From NCBI GenBank assembly GCA_023423935.1, contig JAFAEQ010000058.1, positions 48,943-112,942 on the forward strand: a stretch of 64,000 nt of DNA, given 5' to 3'. Below the pieces are notes generated by a model that had not been told where the DNA came from, ran no database searches, and was given only the letters and a program-made list of their open reading frames with translations. The number at the start of each line of letters is the position of its first letter. The first letter of the stretch is position 1. The translations under genes and the position numbers were made by a program. Source of the DNA: Pseudomonadota bacterium (GTDB lineage: Bacteria > Pseudomonadota > Gammaproteobacteria > Steroidobacterales > Steroidobacteraceae). Of this stretch, positions 1 through 8,805 are shown piece by piece.

Positions 1-332
1 GCCACGTTCTTCAGCTGCGGATTCACGTTCGCCGGAATCGTCACGCCGAATTTCGCGAGCATGTTGCGAATGCTCTGAATCGTGAACGGCGCCTGGCTCG
101 TCTGATCGCCCGTGCCATCGAGACCGACCACGAGACCATAACCGACGAGCTGGTTGGCACGGACGCCAGAGACCGAAGCGAGATCCTTCACACGTTCGGC
201 GTGAGCTGGCGCTGCTACGACGCTGATCAGCGCTGCGAGCAGCGCCAGTGCGCGTCGACGCAAGGCTGTAGGCTGTAGGCTGTAGGCTGTAGCCAGAAGC
301 CAAGGCCGCGCAGTTGCAACTTCAGTTGTCAC
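1..332 (-). CDS. flgI: Flagellar P-ring protein, 5' part (runs off window start)
   Basis: Manual translation: ...[48 protein letters not shown] at 332 with AGGAAAAG upstream; follows flgH. Start uncertain (in-frame TTG at 263). Confidence 0.93.
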   Translation of the reverse strand, partial: MTTEVATARPWLLATAYSLQPTALRRRALALLAALISVVAAPAHAERVKDLASVSGVRANQLVGYGLVVGLDGTGDQTSQAPFTIQSIRNMLAKFGVTIPANVNPQLKNV

Positions 333-395
333 GATGTCTTTTCCTGTCTGAACTCTTTTTCTGACCTACAGCCTACAGCCCACGGTCTACAGCCT
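263..395. repeat. Inverted pair of heptamer arrays (AGGCTGT)x4 / (CCTACAG)x~4
   Basis: 263-292 and degenerate reverse complement 365-395, flanking the flgI RBS and start. Confidence 0.9.
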
Positions 396-412
396 TTCTG
401 ACGCTGCTCGTG

Positions 413-1174
413 TCAGAAAGGCATAAACGGCAAATTGAAAAACCGCGCCAGCAGGCCCGGCTTGTTCGCATCCGCGAGCGCGCCATTCGCGCCGTAGGAG
501 ATACGCGCATCGGCCACCTTCAACGACGAAATCGAGTTATCCGGATCGATGTCGATCGGTCGCACGATGCCCTGGATACGCACGTATTCCTTGCCCTGAT
601 TGATGGCGATCCACTTCTGACCGCGCACGAGCAGATTGCCGTTCGGCAATCGCTGAGCGACCGTGACCGAGATGTCGCCTTCGAGCCGATTGCTCTGCCT
701 GCTGTCGCCCTGCCCATCGAATTCCGTCGAGTTGTCCGCCCCCATGACCAGCACCTCGGTGCCGTTCACCGTTACGGGACGACCCGCAATCGTGGGTCCC
801 TTCAGATCCGCGGCGGTCTTCTTCTTGGTCGAGGTGCTCGAGCTCTTGGAAGCGTTAGTCCGCTCATCGAGCCGGACGATCAGCGTGTCACCCACACGTC
901 GCGCAACCGCATTCTCGAAGAGCGCAATGTCGTGACCCGCCTGGTAGATGGCGCCATTCGCCTGACTCGCAGGCGGCGTCGGCTCCGGCCACGTCGCCGA
1001 GTAATCCGGCTCGCGCGGCGCAGTAACGCAGCCGGAGAGAATGGCGCAGAGCGTGATGAGTGATGAGTGATGCGTGATGAGTGATGCGCGAGACCGCGCG
1101 CCGCGCTCATCAATCTTCCGATTGTTTCTGACCGTCATCACTGTCATCACCTTCATCACTGCCATCACTGCCAT
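413..1174 (-). CDS. flgH: Flagellar L-ring lipoprotein (start ambiguous because of repeats)
   Basis: Lipobox LSGC; VGDTLIVRLDE, LPNGNLLVRGQKWIAINQG, SLKVADARISY motifs; operon position. Confidence 0.95.
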   Translation of the reverse strand: MAVMAVMKVMTVMTVRNNRKIDERGARSRASLITHHSSLITLCAILSGCVTAPREPDYSATWPEPTPPASQANGAIYQAGHDIALFENAVARRVGDTLIVRLDERTNASKSSSTSTKKKTAADLKGPTIAGRPVTVNGTEVLVMGADNSTEFDGQGDSRQSNRLEGDISVTVAQRLPNGNLLVRGQKWIAINQGKEYVRIQGIVRPIDIDPDNSISSLKVADARISYGANGALADANKPGLLARFFNLPFMPF

Positions 1175-1200
1175 TCACTCATCACTCATCACTCATCACC
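1052..1200. repeat. (A/C GTGATG)x5 heptamer array, nested 9-mer array x5, and inverted (CATCACT)n array
   Basis: Heptamers 1052-1086; 9-mers 1130-1174 encode MAV-MAV-MKV-MTV-MTV on the minus strand; inverted heptamers ~1175-1200. Confidence 0.9.
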
Positions 1201-1204
1201 CAAA

Positions 1205-1990
1205 TCACAACTGATTCGTGATGTACTCGAGCATCTGATCGGTCGTCGAAATCGCCTTCGAGTTCATCTCGTAAGCACGCTGGGTTTCGATCATGTTCAC
1301 CAGCTCCTCGACGACATTCACGTTCGAGGCTTCCAGCGAGCCCTGCTCCACCATGCCGAGGCCGTTGAGGCCTGGCGTTCCGGAAGTTGCGGTGCCGCTT
1401 GCGGCAGATTCCACGTACATGTTTTCGCCGCGCGGCTGCAGGCCAGCCGGGTTGATGAAATCGAACAACTGGAGCGAACCGACTTGCGTCGCCGCAGCCT
1501 GACCCGCGATCTGGACACTGACGGTTCCGTCCTTGCCGATCGAGACGCTTTGCGCGCCGTCCGGAATCGTGATGCCGGGCTGCACGGCATAGCCGCTCGC
1601 CGTCACGAGCTCGCCCTGCGCGTTCACATTGAAGCTGCCGTCGCGCGTGTAACCCATCGTGCCGTCGGGGAGCAGCACCTGGAAAAAGCCGCGGCCGCTG
1701 ATGGCGACATCGAACGCATTGCCCGTCTGCGAAAGATTGCCCTGCGTGAAGCTCTTCTCGGTGGCGACGACGCGCACACCGGTGCCGAGCGACAGGCCAG
1801 TCGGTGCAAGCGTGTCCTGCGAAGTCGCAGCACCCACCTGGCGCACGTTCTGATAGAGCAGATCCTCAAATACGGCGCGGCCTTTTTTGAAACCGGTCGT
1901 CCCGACGTTCGCGAGATTGTTCGAGGTCACTGCCATGCGCGTCTGTTGCGCATCGAGTCCGGTTTTGGCGGCCCAGAGGGCGGGATTCAT
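1205..1990 (-). CDS. flgG: Flagellar basal-body distal rod protein
   Basis: [57 protein letters not shown]. Confidence 0.97.
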   Translation of the reverse strand: MNPALWAAKTGLDAQQTRMAVTSNNLANVGTTGFKKGRAVFEDLLYQNVRQVGAATSQDTLAPTGLSLGTGVRVVATEKSFTQGNLSQTGNAFDVAISGRGFFQVLLPDGTMGYTRDGSFNVNAQGELVTASGYAVQPGITIPDGAQSVSIGKDGTVSVQIAGQAAATQVGSLQLFDFINPAGLQPRGENMYVESAASGTATSGTPGLNGLGMVEQGSLEASNVNVVEELVNMIETQRAYEMNSKAISTTDQMLEYITNQL

Positions 1991-2014
1991 ATGAGTTGCT
2001 CCGTAATGATCTTG

Positions 2015-2148
2015 AGGCCCTAGGCGCTAGGCTCTAGGCGCTAGTAACTGAATACCGAATGCGAATCTCGCAGGCTCTCGCGTGTCTCGTGTCTGCATTC
2101 GATGTGTTCCTCTTGGCTAGTGCCTAGCGCCTAGTACCTAGCACCTAG
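2015..2148. repeat. Inverted pair of CTAG-core heptamer arrays
   Basis: (AGGCNCT)x4 at 2015-2044; (CTAGYRC)x4 at 2117-2148, which includes the flgF stop codon. Confidence 0.9.
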
Positions 2149-2882
2149 GCTTTCAGCAGCTGCGCTGCGCTCGCCGCGTTCTCTTCCGCGGTGCGCATTG
2201 CTTTCACCTGCAGATCGAACTGCCGCGACAGCTCGATCATCTTCACCATTGCGTTGGCGACATTGACGTTGCTCGACTCGAGCACGCCCGAGGCCACGCG
2301 CACGTTGGCATCCGGTATGGCATCTGCACCGTCCACTGTTCGAAACAGACCATCCTCGCCGCGCACTAGCGTCTCTGCAGGCGGATTCACGAGTTTGATA
2401 CGACCGACCATTGCGGTCGTTTCGGGTCCCTGCCCGATCGGCACGATCGAGACCGTGCCGTCACCTGCGATCATCAGTGACGAGTTCGGTGGCACGCTGA
2501 TCGGGCCGCCATCGCCGAGCACCACACGACCTGCACCATTCATCAGCAGACCGCTCGGATCGACGCGCAGATCGCCGGCACGCGTATACGCCTCGCGACC
2601 ATCGGCGCCCTGCACTGCAATCCAGCCTTCGCCCTGAATGCCGATGTCCAGATCGCGGCCCGTCGCAAGCAACGCGCCTTGGGTGCTGTCCCATCCCGCA
2701 TTCGCATCCGTCGCATAGGCACGCGACGCATAGCCGGATCCCGCCACCGTCCGCGTCTGAAACGCATCGAGGCTCGCGCGAAAACCCGTCGTGCTCGCAT
2801 TCGCGAGGTTGTGGTTGTTCGTCGTCTGCGCGCGAAGGGTTTCCTTGGCGCCCGACATTGCGATGTAGAGGAAGCGGTCCAT
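2145..2882 (-). CDS. flgF: Flagellar basal-body rod protein
   Basis: MDRFLYIAMSGA, NLANASTTGFR, YTRAGDL, LESSNVN. Confidence 0.96.
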   Translation of the reverse strand: MDRFLYIAMSGAKETLRAQTTNNHNLANASTTGFRASLDAFQTRTVAGSGYASRAYATDANAGWDSTQGALLATGRDLDIGIQGEGWIAVQGADGREAYTRAGDLRVDPSGLLMNGAGRVVLGDGGPISVPPNSSLMIAGDGTVSIVPIGQGPETTAMVGRIKLVNPPAETLVRGEDGLFRTVDGADAIPDANVRVASGVLESSNVNVANAMVKMIELSRQFDLQVKAMRTAEENAASAAQLLKA

Positions 2883-2885
2883 GGT

Positions 2886-2966
2886 TAGGCTCTAGGCGCT
2901 AGGTCCTAGGCGCTAGGCTCGGAAGAAAGAGTCTTCCTAGTCGCTAGCGCCTAGTGACTAGTGCCT
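2886..2966. repeat. Inverted CTAG-core heptamer arrays forming one long hairpin
   Basis: (TAGGYNC)x5 at 2886-2920; inner GGAAGA/TCTTCC stem; (NCTAGYN)x4 at 2936-2966. Confidence 0.9.
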
Positions 2967-4195
2967 CATCTGATGTTGATAATCGTCTGAGTCACTTGAT
3001 CCGCTGTCTGGATCATCTGCGCGTTCGCCTGGAAGTTGCGTTGCGCGGTGATCATGTTGACGAGCTGGGCGGTGATGTCGACGTTGGAGGCTTCGAGCGC
3101 GCCGGACTGAACCAGACCGAAGCCGGAGCCGCCGGCCTGGCCGTAGAGCGGCTGACCGGAAGCATTGGTCTCGGCCCAGTTCGTGTTACCGAGCTGCTGC
3201 AGGCCTTGTGCGTTCGAGAAGTTCGCGATCGCGACCTGGCCGAGCGAAGTCGAGCGGCCGTTGGTAAAGCGAGCCTGCACGACACCGGTCGAATCCACGT
3301 CGATGCCGATCAGTCGGCCCGTGGTGAAACCGTCCTGCGTCGAGGACGTCATCCCGAACTTGTCGCCGTACTGCGTGCTGCGCGACAGATCGAAGTTCAG
3401 CTGTATCGGGTCTGCGCCGGTGGCAAGGCCCGCTGCGGCGTCATACGCCGGCAGCGCGATCTGGCCATTCGCGGGGCTCGTAAGCACGCCGGTGCTCGAG
3501 TACTGCAGCGTCTGTGCCGGACCGACAGGATTGCCATCGACGTACACATTCATCTGCCACTCGTTCGGATTCGCCGTCTTCACCCAGTACAAGCTCGTGG
3601 TGTGAGCGGCGCCCAGCGAGTCATAGACCGTGACCGAGCGAGCTTCGTTGTAGCTGCTCGAATCGGCAGGATCGAACGTTGCGGCAGTGGGCTGAGTGGC
3701 GTTCGCCGGCAGATTGAACACCGTCTCGACGCGCGAAGTCGCTTGCGGCGGGCTTTCGCTCGTCACCAGGCGCAGATCGCCCATCGTGCTGGTGTTGAAA
3801 TTGCCGGTCGTCGCAGGCGGATACACCTGCAGACGCTGATTCTGGCTGTTGACGACGTAGCCCTGATTGTCGACCTGGAACGCACCGGCGCGCGTGAAGG
3901 CCATTGCGCCACCGTCGCTCAATACGAAGAAGCCCTGCCCGCTCAGCGCGAGATCGAGACTATTGTTCGTAGTGTTGATGTTGCCCTGGCTGAACTGCTG
4001 CGCCACTGAGGCGACCTTCACGCCGTTGCCGAACTGATTGCGGCTCACGCCTTGCGGCGAGACCGCGAAGAGCTCTGCGAATTCGGAGCGCGACTGCTTG
4101 AAGCCGTTGGTGGCGCTGTTCGCGATGTTGTTGGCTGTGACGTTCAGATCCGTCTGTGCCGCATTGAGTCCGCTGAGCGCGATACCGAATGACAT
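2966..4195 (-). CDS. flgE: Flagellar hook protein
   Basis: MSFGIALSGLNAA, ANNIANSATNGFK, GALEASNVD...QRNFQANAQ; 409 aa. Confidence 0.97.
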   Translation of the reverse strand: MSFGIALSGLNAAQTDLNVTANNIANSATNGFKQSRSEFAELFAVSPQGVSRNQFGNGVKVASVAQQFSQGNINTTNNSLDLALSGQGFFVLSDGGAMAFTRAGAFQVDNQGYVVNSQNQRLQVYPPATTGNFNTSTMGDLRLVTSESPPQATSRVETVFNLPANATQPTAATFDPADSSSYNEARSVTVYDSLGAAHTTSLYWVKTANPNEWQMNVYVDGNPVGPAQTLQYSSTGVLTSPANGQIALPAYDAAAGLATGADPIQLNFDLSRSTQYGDKFGMTSSTQDGFTTGRLIGIDVDSTGVVQARFTNGRSTSLGQVAIANFSNAQGLQQLGNTNWAETNASGQPLYGQAGGSGFGLVQSGALEASNVDITAQLVNMITAQRNFQANAQMIQTADQVTQTIINIR

Positions 4196-4237
4196 GAATG
4201 AAACTCCTGAAGATGACTGAAGCTTGTTCTGTGCGCC

Positions 4238-4915
4238 TTACATGACGCGGCGAATGTTGTTCATGGAGACCGGACCCAGCGATCCGGTGTTCAACGTGAG
4301 CTGCGTACCGCTGCTGTCGATCGTCACGCTCGAGACGCGACCTGACATGAGCACTTCGAGCGATCCGGTGCGACCGCCAGCCGTGGCGATCGCCTCGATG
4401 GCGTAATCGCCGGAATCCGCGAGCGTGCCGTCCGCGCGCTTGCCGTCCCACGTGAAACTCTTCGTGCCGGCACTCGGGTCAACGGCGAACTCGCGTACGA
4501 GTGCACCGGTGGAGTCGGTGATGCGGATCTGCAGGTTCTGAATGCCGGAAGGCAGCTCCACTTCACCGCTCACGTCGATACCCTGCGTGAACGAGAACGT
4601 GTCAGTCTGAGCAAGCACATCGTGGCCGACGAGCGAAGTGCCATTGAGCACCTGCGTCGAACGCAGCGAATTCGCCAGGCTGTCGATCGACTTCTGCATG
4701 CTCTGGATGCCCGACACCGAGCCGAACTGCGCGAGCTGAGACACAAATTCCGTGCCCTCCAGGGGCTTCATCGGATCCTGATTCTTCAGCTGCGTGGTCA
4801 TGAGCGTCAGAAAGTCCTCGATGCCGAGACTGTTCGCCGTCTTCTTGCTCTGCGAGGCCGCGAGCGCCGCCTGAGTCTGTGCAGCGATGTTGGCGATGGG
4901 ATCGGTGGTGGACAT
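4238..4915 (-). CDS. flgD: Flagellar hook-capping protein
   Basis: FLTLMTTQLKNQDPMKP, FVSQLAQF motifs. Confidence 0.96.
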   Translation of the reverse strand: MSTTDPIANIAAQTQAALAASQSKKTANSLGIEDFLTLMTTQLKNQDPMKPLEGTEFVSQLAQFGSVSGIQSMQKSIDSLANSLRSTQVLNGTSLVGHDVLAQTDTFSFTQGIDVSGEVELPSGIQNLQIRITDSTGALVREFAVDPSAGTKSFTWDGKRADGTLADSGDYAIEAIATAGGRTGSLEVLMSGRVSSVTIDSSGTQLTLNTGSLGPVSMNNIRRVM

Positions 4916-4929
4916 GGGGTTCTTCTTGC

Positions 4930-5050
4930 GTGATGAAGGTGATGCGGTGATATCAGTGATGACGGTCAGAAAGCTGAAGCGCGATGACGAATGCCTCTGG
5001 GCTCTTCACCACCGCCGTCACTTTCATCACTTCCATCACTGTCATCACTC
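4930..5050. repeat. Inverted pair of degenerate 9-mer arrays (GTGATGNNN / NNNCATCAC)
   Basis: GTGATGAAG GTGATGCG GTGATATCA GTGATGACG at ~4930-4964; complementary array at ~5003-5050. Confidence 0.8.
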
Positions 5051-5059
5051 CTGATTCCG

Positions 5060-5473
5060 TTACTGCCCGAGTCTCAGCGTTGCGAGCATCATTTCCTTGG
5101 CCGTGTTCATGACTTCCACGTTGTTCTGATACGAACGCGACGCGGAGATCATGTCGACCATCTCTTCGACCGTATTCACGTTGGGCGCGTACACGTAACC
5201 GTTCGCATCGGCGAGCGGATTGCCGGGCTCGTAGCGCGCGGTCGGTGCCGCCTGATCTTCGACGATGCCTTTGACAGAGACGCCGTTGGTAGCGCTGCCC
5301 GATCCCAACCCCTGTCGAATCGCCTCGAACAGCGGATGCTTCGCCTTGTAGACCTGATTCGGATCGCCACTCACGCTGTCCGCGTTCGCGAGATTGCTGG
5401 CGGTCGTATTGAGGCGCACCGACTGCGCGCTCATCCCGGTGCCGGCGACTTCGAAGATTTTGAAACTGCTCAT
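5060..5473 (-). CDS. flgC: Flagellar basal-body rod protein
   Basis: RLNTTASNLANADS, YEPGNPLADANGYVYAPNVN, ASRSYQNN. Confidence 0.97.
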   Translation of the reverse strand: MSSFKIFEVAGTGMSAQSVRLNTTASNLANADSVSGDPNQVYKAKHPLFEAIRQGLGSGSATNGVSVKGIVEDQAAPTARYEPGNPLADANGYVYAPNVNTVEEMVDMISASRSYQNNVEVMNTAKEMMLATLRLGQ

Positions 5474-5486
5474 GAGATGCTCCGCA

Positions 5487-5632
5487 GGCTAGTGCCAGGC
5501 GCTAGGTGCTAGGCCCTAGGCGCTAGCCAGAAAAAGAAAGAAATCGGACTCATGTTTTTCTCCTGTCTGGCTAGTGCCTAGCACCTGGTACCTAGCGCCT
5601 CTGTCTGGCTAGTGCCTAGCGCCTAGCGCCTA
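5487..5632. repeat. Inverted CTAG-core heptamer arrays with an internal 20-bp duplication
   Basis: Left 5487-5530, right 5567-5632; CTGTCTGGCTAGTGCCTAGC occurs at 5563-5582 and 5601-5620. Confidence 0.9.
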
Positions 5633-5641
5633 AAAAAGTCC

Positions 5642-6049
5642 CTACTGCCCCGTGATCGCTGTCAGCAGGCCGCGGAATTTCTGATTCAGAAATGTCAGCG
5701 TCGCCTGGTAGCGCACGGAGTTCTCTGCGAATGCGGACTGCTCGAGCTGTGCATCGACGGTGTTGCCGTCGAGTGCGGGCGCGAGCGGTACGCGATACTT
5801 CAGTTCCGCCGGGCTCGTGCCGTTAGCATCCTGTGCGCCGATGTGACGAGCGCTCGTTGTCGAGAGATGCACGCCCGATGGCTTCTCGCCACTAGCCGCT
5901 GCAAGTGCACTCTTGAAATCGATATCGCGCGCCTTGTAGTTCGGCGTATCTGCGTTGGCGAGATTCGAAGCCAGCACTTCCGTCCGTTGCGAACGCAACT
6001 TGAGCGCAGTGGCGTGCACTCCGAGATACGTGTCGAGATTGACTGGCAT
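5642..6049 (-). CDS. flgB: Flagellar basal-body rod protein
   Basis: LASNLANADTPNYKARDIDF, DGNTVD motifs. Confidence 0.97.
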   Translation of the reverse strand: MPVNLDTYLGVHATALKLRSQRTEVLASNLANADTPNYKARDIDFKSALAAASGEKPSGVHLSTTSARHIGAQDANGTSPAELKYRVPLAPALDGNTVDAQLEQSAFAENSVRYQATLTFLNQKFRGLLTAITGQ

Positions 6050-6087
6050 GGCCCAGCTCCGTCAGAAAAGTGTCCTGGGCAGGAGTT

Positions 6088-6103
6088 AGCAAGGTGCGTG
6101 CCA
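6088..6103 (-). promoter_or_regulatory. sigma54 promoter of the flgB operon
   Basis: Minus strand TGGCAC-GCACC-TTGCT matches the -24/-12 consensus ~40 nt before flgB. Confidence 0.85.
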
Positions 6104-6399
6104 GCGAACAGAAAGCTGGCAACTGGCAACTGGCAACCCGCCAGAGTGAGAACCAGAGCAAGAAAGAGCTGGGAAGCGAGTCACGTGCGAGGCGGCAATC
6201 GTTTGCCGCGCGGCAAGCGGCAAGCGTCCTCACACCTTGCCGCTCGTCCGCGGCGACAGAATTCCAACGCTTGCTCTTCGATCGCACTACAGCGTCTATA
6301 TGTGTGCGCGCTCACTCGCGATCGCGAGAGCAGCTCAATTCCGACGCGCGTCACAGATTCGAACGCGATCCCACGATCACACGGCCAGGCAGCGATGCG

Positions 6400-6415
6400 T
6401 GGCACTCGCTTTGCT
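6400..6415 (+). promoter_or_regulatory. sigma54 promoter of flgA
   Basis: TGGCAC-TCGCT-TTGCT matches the -24/-12 consensus. Confidence 0.85.
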
Positions 6416-6461
6416 AGATCTCACTTGCCGTCAATCGGACGGCTATTCATGTGAGTGCACC

Positions 6462-7163
6462 GTGTCGAGCCGAGTCTTGCGTGCGATCTTCGCGCTAACT
6501 GCACTGGCAGCTGCTTCGCTGAGCCATGCAGCCGTGCAGTCACTGGAGTCGATCCAGGCTGCGGCTGAGAAAGAAGTGCGCTCGAAACTGCCGGCCACAC
6601 ACGGCAAGTACTTCATCACGGCAGGTCGTCTCGATCCTCGCCTGCAGCTCGCCGCCTGCGCATCACCGCTGCAAGCCAGCGTGCCCAGCAGCGCGACGAT
6701 GAGCGCGAAGCCCACCGTCGGCGTGCAGTGCGCATCGCCAACTCAGTGGACGATCTATCTGCCCGTCACGATCGAGATCGAAGCTCCGATTCTCGTGTTG
6801 CGTCGTTCGCTCGCGCGCCGCTCCCCCGTGGATGCCGCCGACGTGGAGCTGCAGACGCGCCGAATGTCGGGTAGTGAGGCTGCGTTCATCAGCGATGTGG
6901 GCAATCTGCGCGGTCGCAGGCTCAAGCACGCGTTGCCCGCCGGAACGCCACTCACAGCAGATGAGCTCGTGCCGGACGTTCTGGTCAAGCGTGGTCAGCA
7001 GGTCACGCTGCTCGCCTCAAGCGGACCGTTTGAGATTCGTGCGCAGGGCCAGGCGCTGACGGACGGTGCGGAGAACCAGCGCATCCGCGTCCAGAACATG
7101 TCCTCTCGCAGAATCGTTGAAGGCGTGGTCGAGAATCCCTCGACAGTGCGAATCGAACTTTGA
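6462..7163 (+). CDS. flgA: P-ring assembly chaperone
   Basis: Signal peptide; RLDPRLQLAAC; VKRGQQVTL...GQALTDG...IRVQNMSSRRIVEG. GTG start chosen downstream of the sigma54 promoter. Confidence 0.93.
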   Translation: MSSRVLRAIFALTALAAASLSHAAVQSLESIQAAAEKEVRSKLPATHGKYFITAGRLDPRLQLAACASPLQASVPSSATMSAKPTVGVQCASPTQWTIYLPVTIEIEAPILVLRRSLARRSPVDAADVELQTRRMSGSEAAFISDVGNLRGRRLKHALPAGTPLTADELVPDVLVKRGQQVTLLASSGPFEIRAQGQALTDGAENQRIRVQNMSSRRIVEGVVENPSTVRIEL

Positions 7164-7381
7164 CGTATGGCGGCGCAAGGCGCGCCGTCATGACGTTGAC
7201 GCACGGTAGAAACCCTGAATGAGGAGATGAGTTTCGAGGCCAGAGTTGAGCACTCCATCACGCTGCAATGAGCCGAAGCCGGGAGAGCCGAATAGCGTTG
7301 ATTTAACCTATTCAGGCAGCGCGGCGATCGTCTTGAGCAAATGCCCTACGCGCCACGTAAGGTCGCATCCGAGAAACACGC

Positions 7382-7408
7382 TAAAGTTCTCAGAATTGCA
7401 GCCGCTAC
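7382..7408 (+). promoter_or_regulatory. sigma28 (FliA) promoter of flgMN
   Basis: TAAA-N15-GCCGCTAC versus consensus TAAA-N15-GCCGATAA. Confidence 0.75.
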
Positions 7409-7438
7409 AGGGCTCGTGAGTGAAAGGAGTGCTGGACC

Positions 7439-7756
7439 GTGACCATCAAGATTGGCAACTACCAGAATCGCCCTGTGCAGGCGGGCACCGAAAAGAAGGT
7501 GACTCAGGCCGGCGGCGAATCGTCGCAGTCGCCTGCCGAAGCATCGGCGGCCTCGGGTAGTCCCGTCCAGATCACGGGTCAGGCTCGCCAGCTCGCCTCT
7601 CTCGAGCAGGCGGTACAGGCTCTGCCGATCGTGAATGAAGCTCGCGTTGCGGAGATCCGCGATGCGATCGAAGAAGGCCGGTATCAGGTAGATGCGGAGC
7701 GCGTGGCCAACAAGCTGCTGCGCTCCGAGCAGGAACTGGGATCGGTCGGCCGTTGA
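7439..7756 (+). CDS. flgM: Anti-sigma28 factor
   Basis: ARVAEIRDAIEEGRYQVDAERVANKL; AGGAG RBS; follows flgA. Confidence 0.93.
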   Translation: MTIKIGNYQNRPVQAGTEKKVTQAGGESSQSPAEASAASGSPVQITGQARQLASLEQAVQALPIVNEARVAEIRDAIEEGRYQVDAERVANKLLRSEQELGSVGR

Positions 7757-7819
7757 CGGTTGCGTTGACGGTCGCCCGGATCAACGACCGTTAACGAAGA
7801 GCGCAACTGGAGAAAATCT

Positions 7820-8305
7820 GTGGATCCACGCGTCTGCCGCGAGCATCTGGAAAAACTGCTGGTCGAAGAAGCCAGCACGCTCGCCCGACTGGAAGAATTG
7901 CTCGACAAAGAGCACCAGTATCTCGAAACCAACGATATCGATGAGCTCGAGCGCGCGGGCGAGGCCCGGCAGAGCTGCATCATGGCGCTCGTCGCCATCG
8001 AAGACGAACGTCGTTCCCTGTGTCGAATGATGAATGTGTCCGCCGACGCCATCGGCCTGGACAAGCTTCTGAACTGGTGCGACCCGTCGCATCAGATGAA
8101 GACGCGCTGGGCCGCCTGCGGCGAGCGTGCAGCACGGTGTCGCGCACTCAACGATCGCAACGGCGCATTGGTCACTGCACGACTCAAACGCGTCGAAGGC
8201 ATGCTCGATGTGATCACCGGCCGCGCCAATCAGCCGAAGGTGTATGGCAGCAAGGGCGGCTACGACACACCGAACCGCAGCGATCGCGTGCTCGCGACTG
8301 TCTGA
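7820..8305 (+). CDS. flgN: Flagellar export chaperone
   Basis: Helical; CRALNDRNGALV and VYGSKG motifs; follows flgM. Confidence 0.88.
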   Translation: MDPRVCREHLEKLLVEEASTLARLEELLDKEHQYLETNDIDELERAGEARQSCIMALVAIEDERRSLCRMMNVSADAIGLDKLLNWCDPSHQMKTRWAACGERAARCRALNDRNGALVTARLKRVEGMLDVITGRANQPKVYGSKGGYDTPNRSDRVLATV

Positions 8306-8544
8306 TCTTCCGAGCGGCGCACTGCGAGTCCGCCGCTCATCAACCATTCGATCGCGCGACTGAACAGCGCATCCGCCAACACTTCACGTTGCGGCTTCGG
8401 CATGTCGCGCAGACTCTCCTCGATCCGCGCGCGGGCTCGCTGCAGCTCGGCCACTTCGACGAATCCGCAGCCATCGGCAATGCGCGTCAGGCCATGCGCG
8501 CACGTGCAGAGAAGCTCGCTCTCGATCGCAGACTCGGCTCTCAT
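8260..8544 (-). CDS. Hypothetical protein (94 aa)
   Basis: ATG with AGGAG 6 nt upstream (MRAESAIESELL...); overlaps the flgN 3' end by 46 nt. Confidence 0.4.
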   Translation of the reverse strand: MRAESAIESELLCTCAHGLTRIADGCGFVEVAELQRARARIEESLRDMPKPQREVLADALFSRAIEWLMSGGLAVRRSEDQTVASTRSLRFGVS

Positions 8545-8805
8545 CGCGGCTCCTGGCTGCGCACCAGCACTTCGAACCTGCCCTTCAACGCTACGACGCT
8601 CGCCATCATGGTGATTCGCGTGGGGGCGCAAACATGGGATTGCGCTCACGCCAACGTGCCGTGGCAAACAGACCGAAGAGCGGCGATTACGGTTGCTGCT
8701 GACGCAGCGAATGGGATCAGAAGACTCATGCCACACCTCTGCAGCGATGGACTGCATCGACGGAGGCTGGCAGCAGCACGAACGGCTGCGTCGCTGGCGA
8801 GTGAT

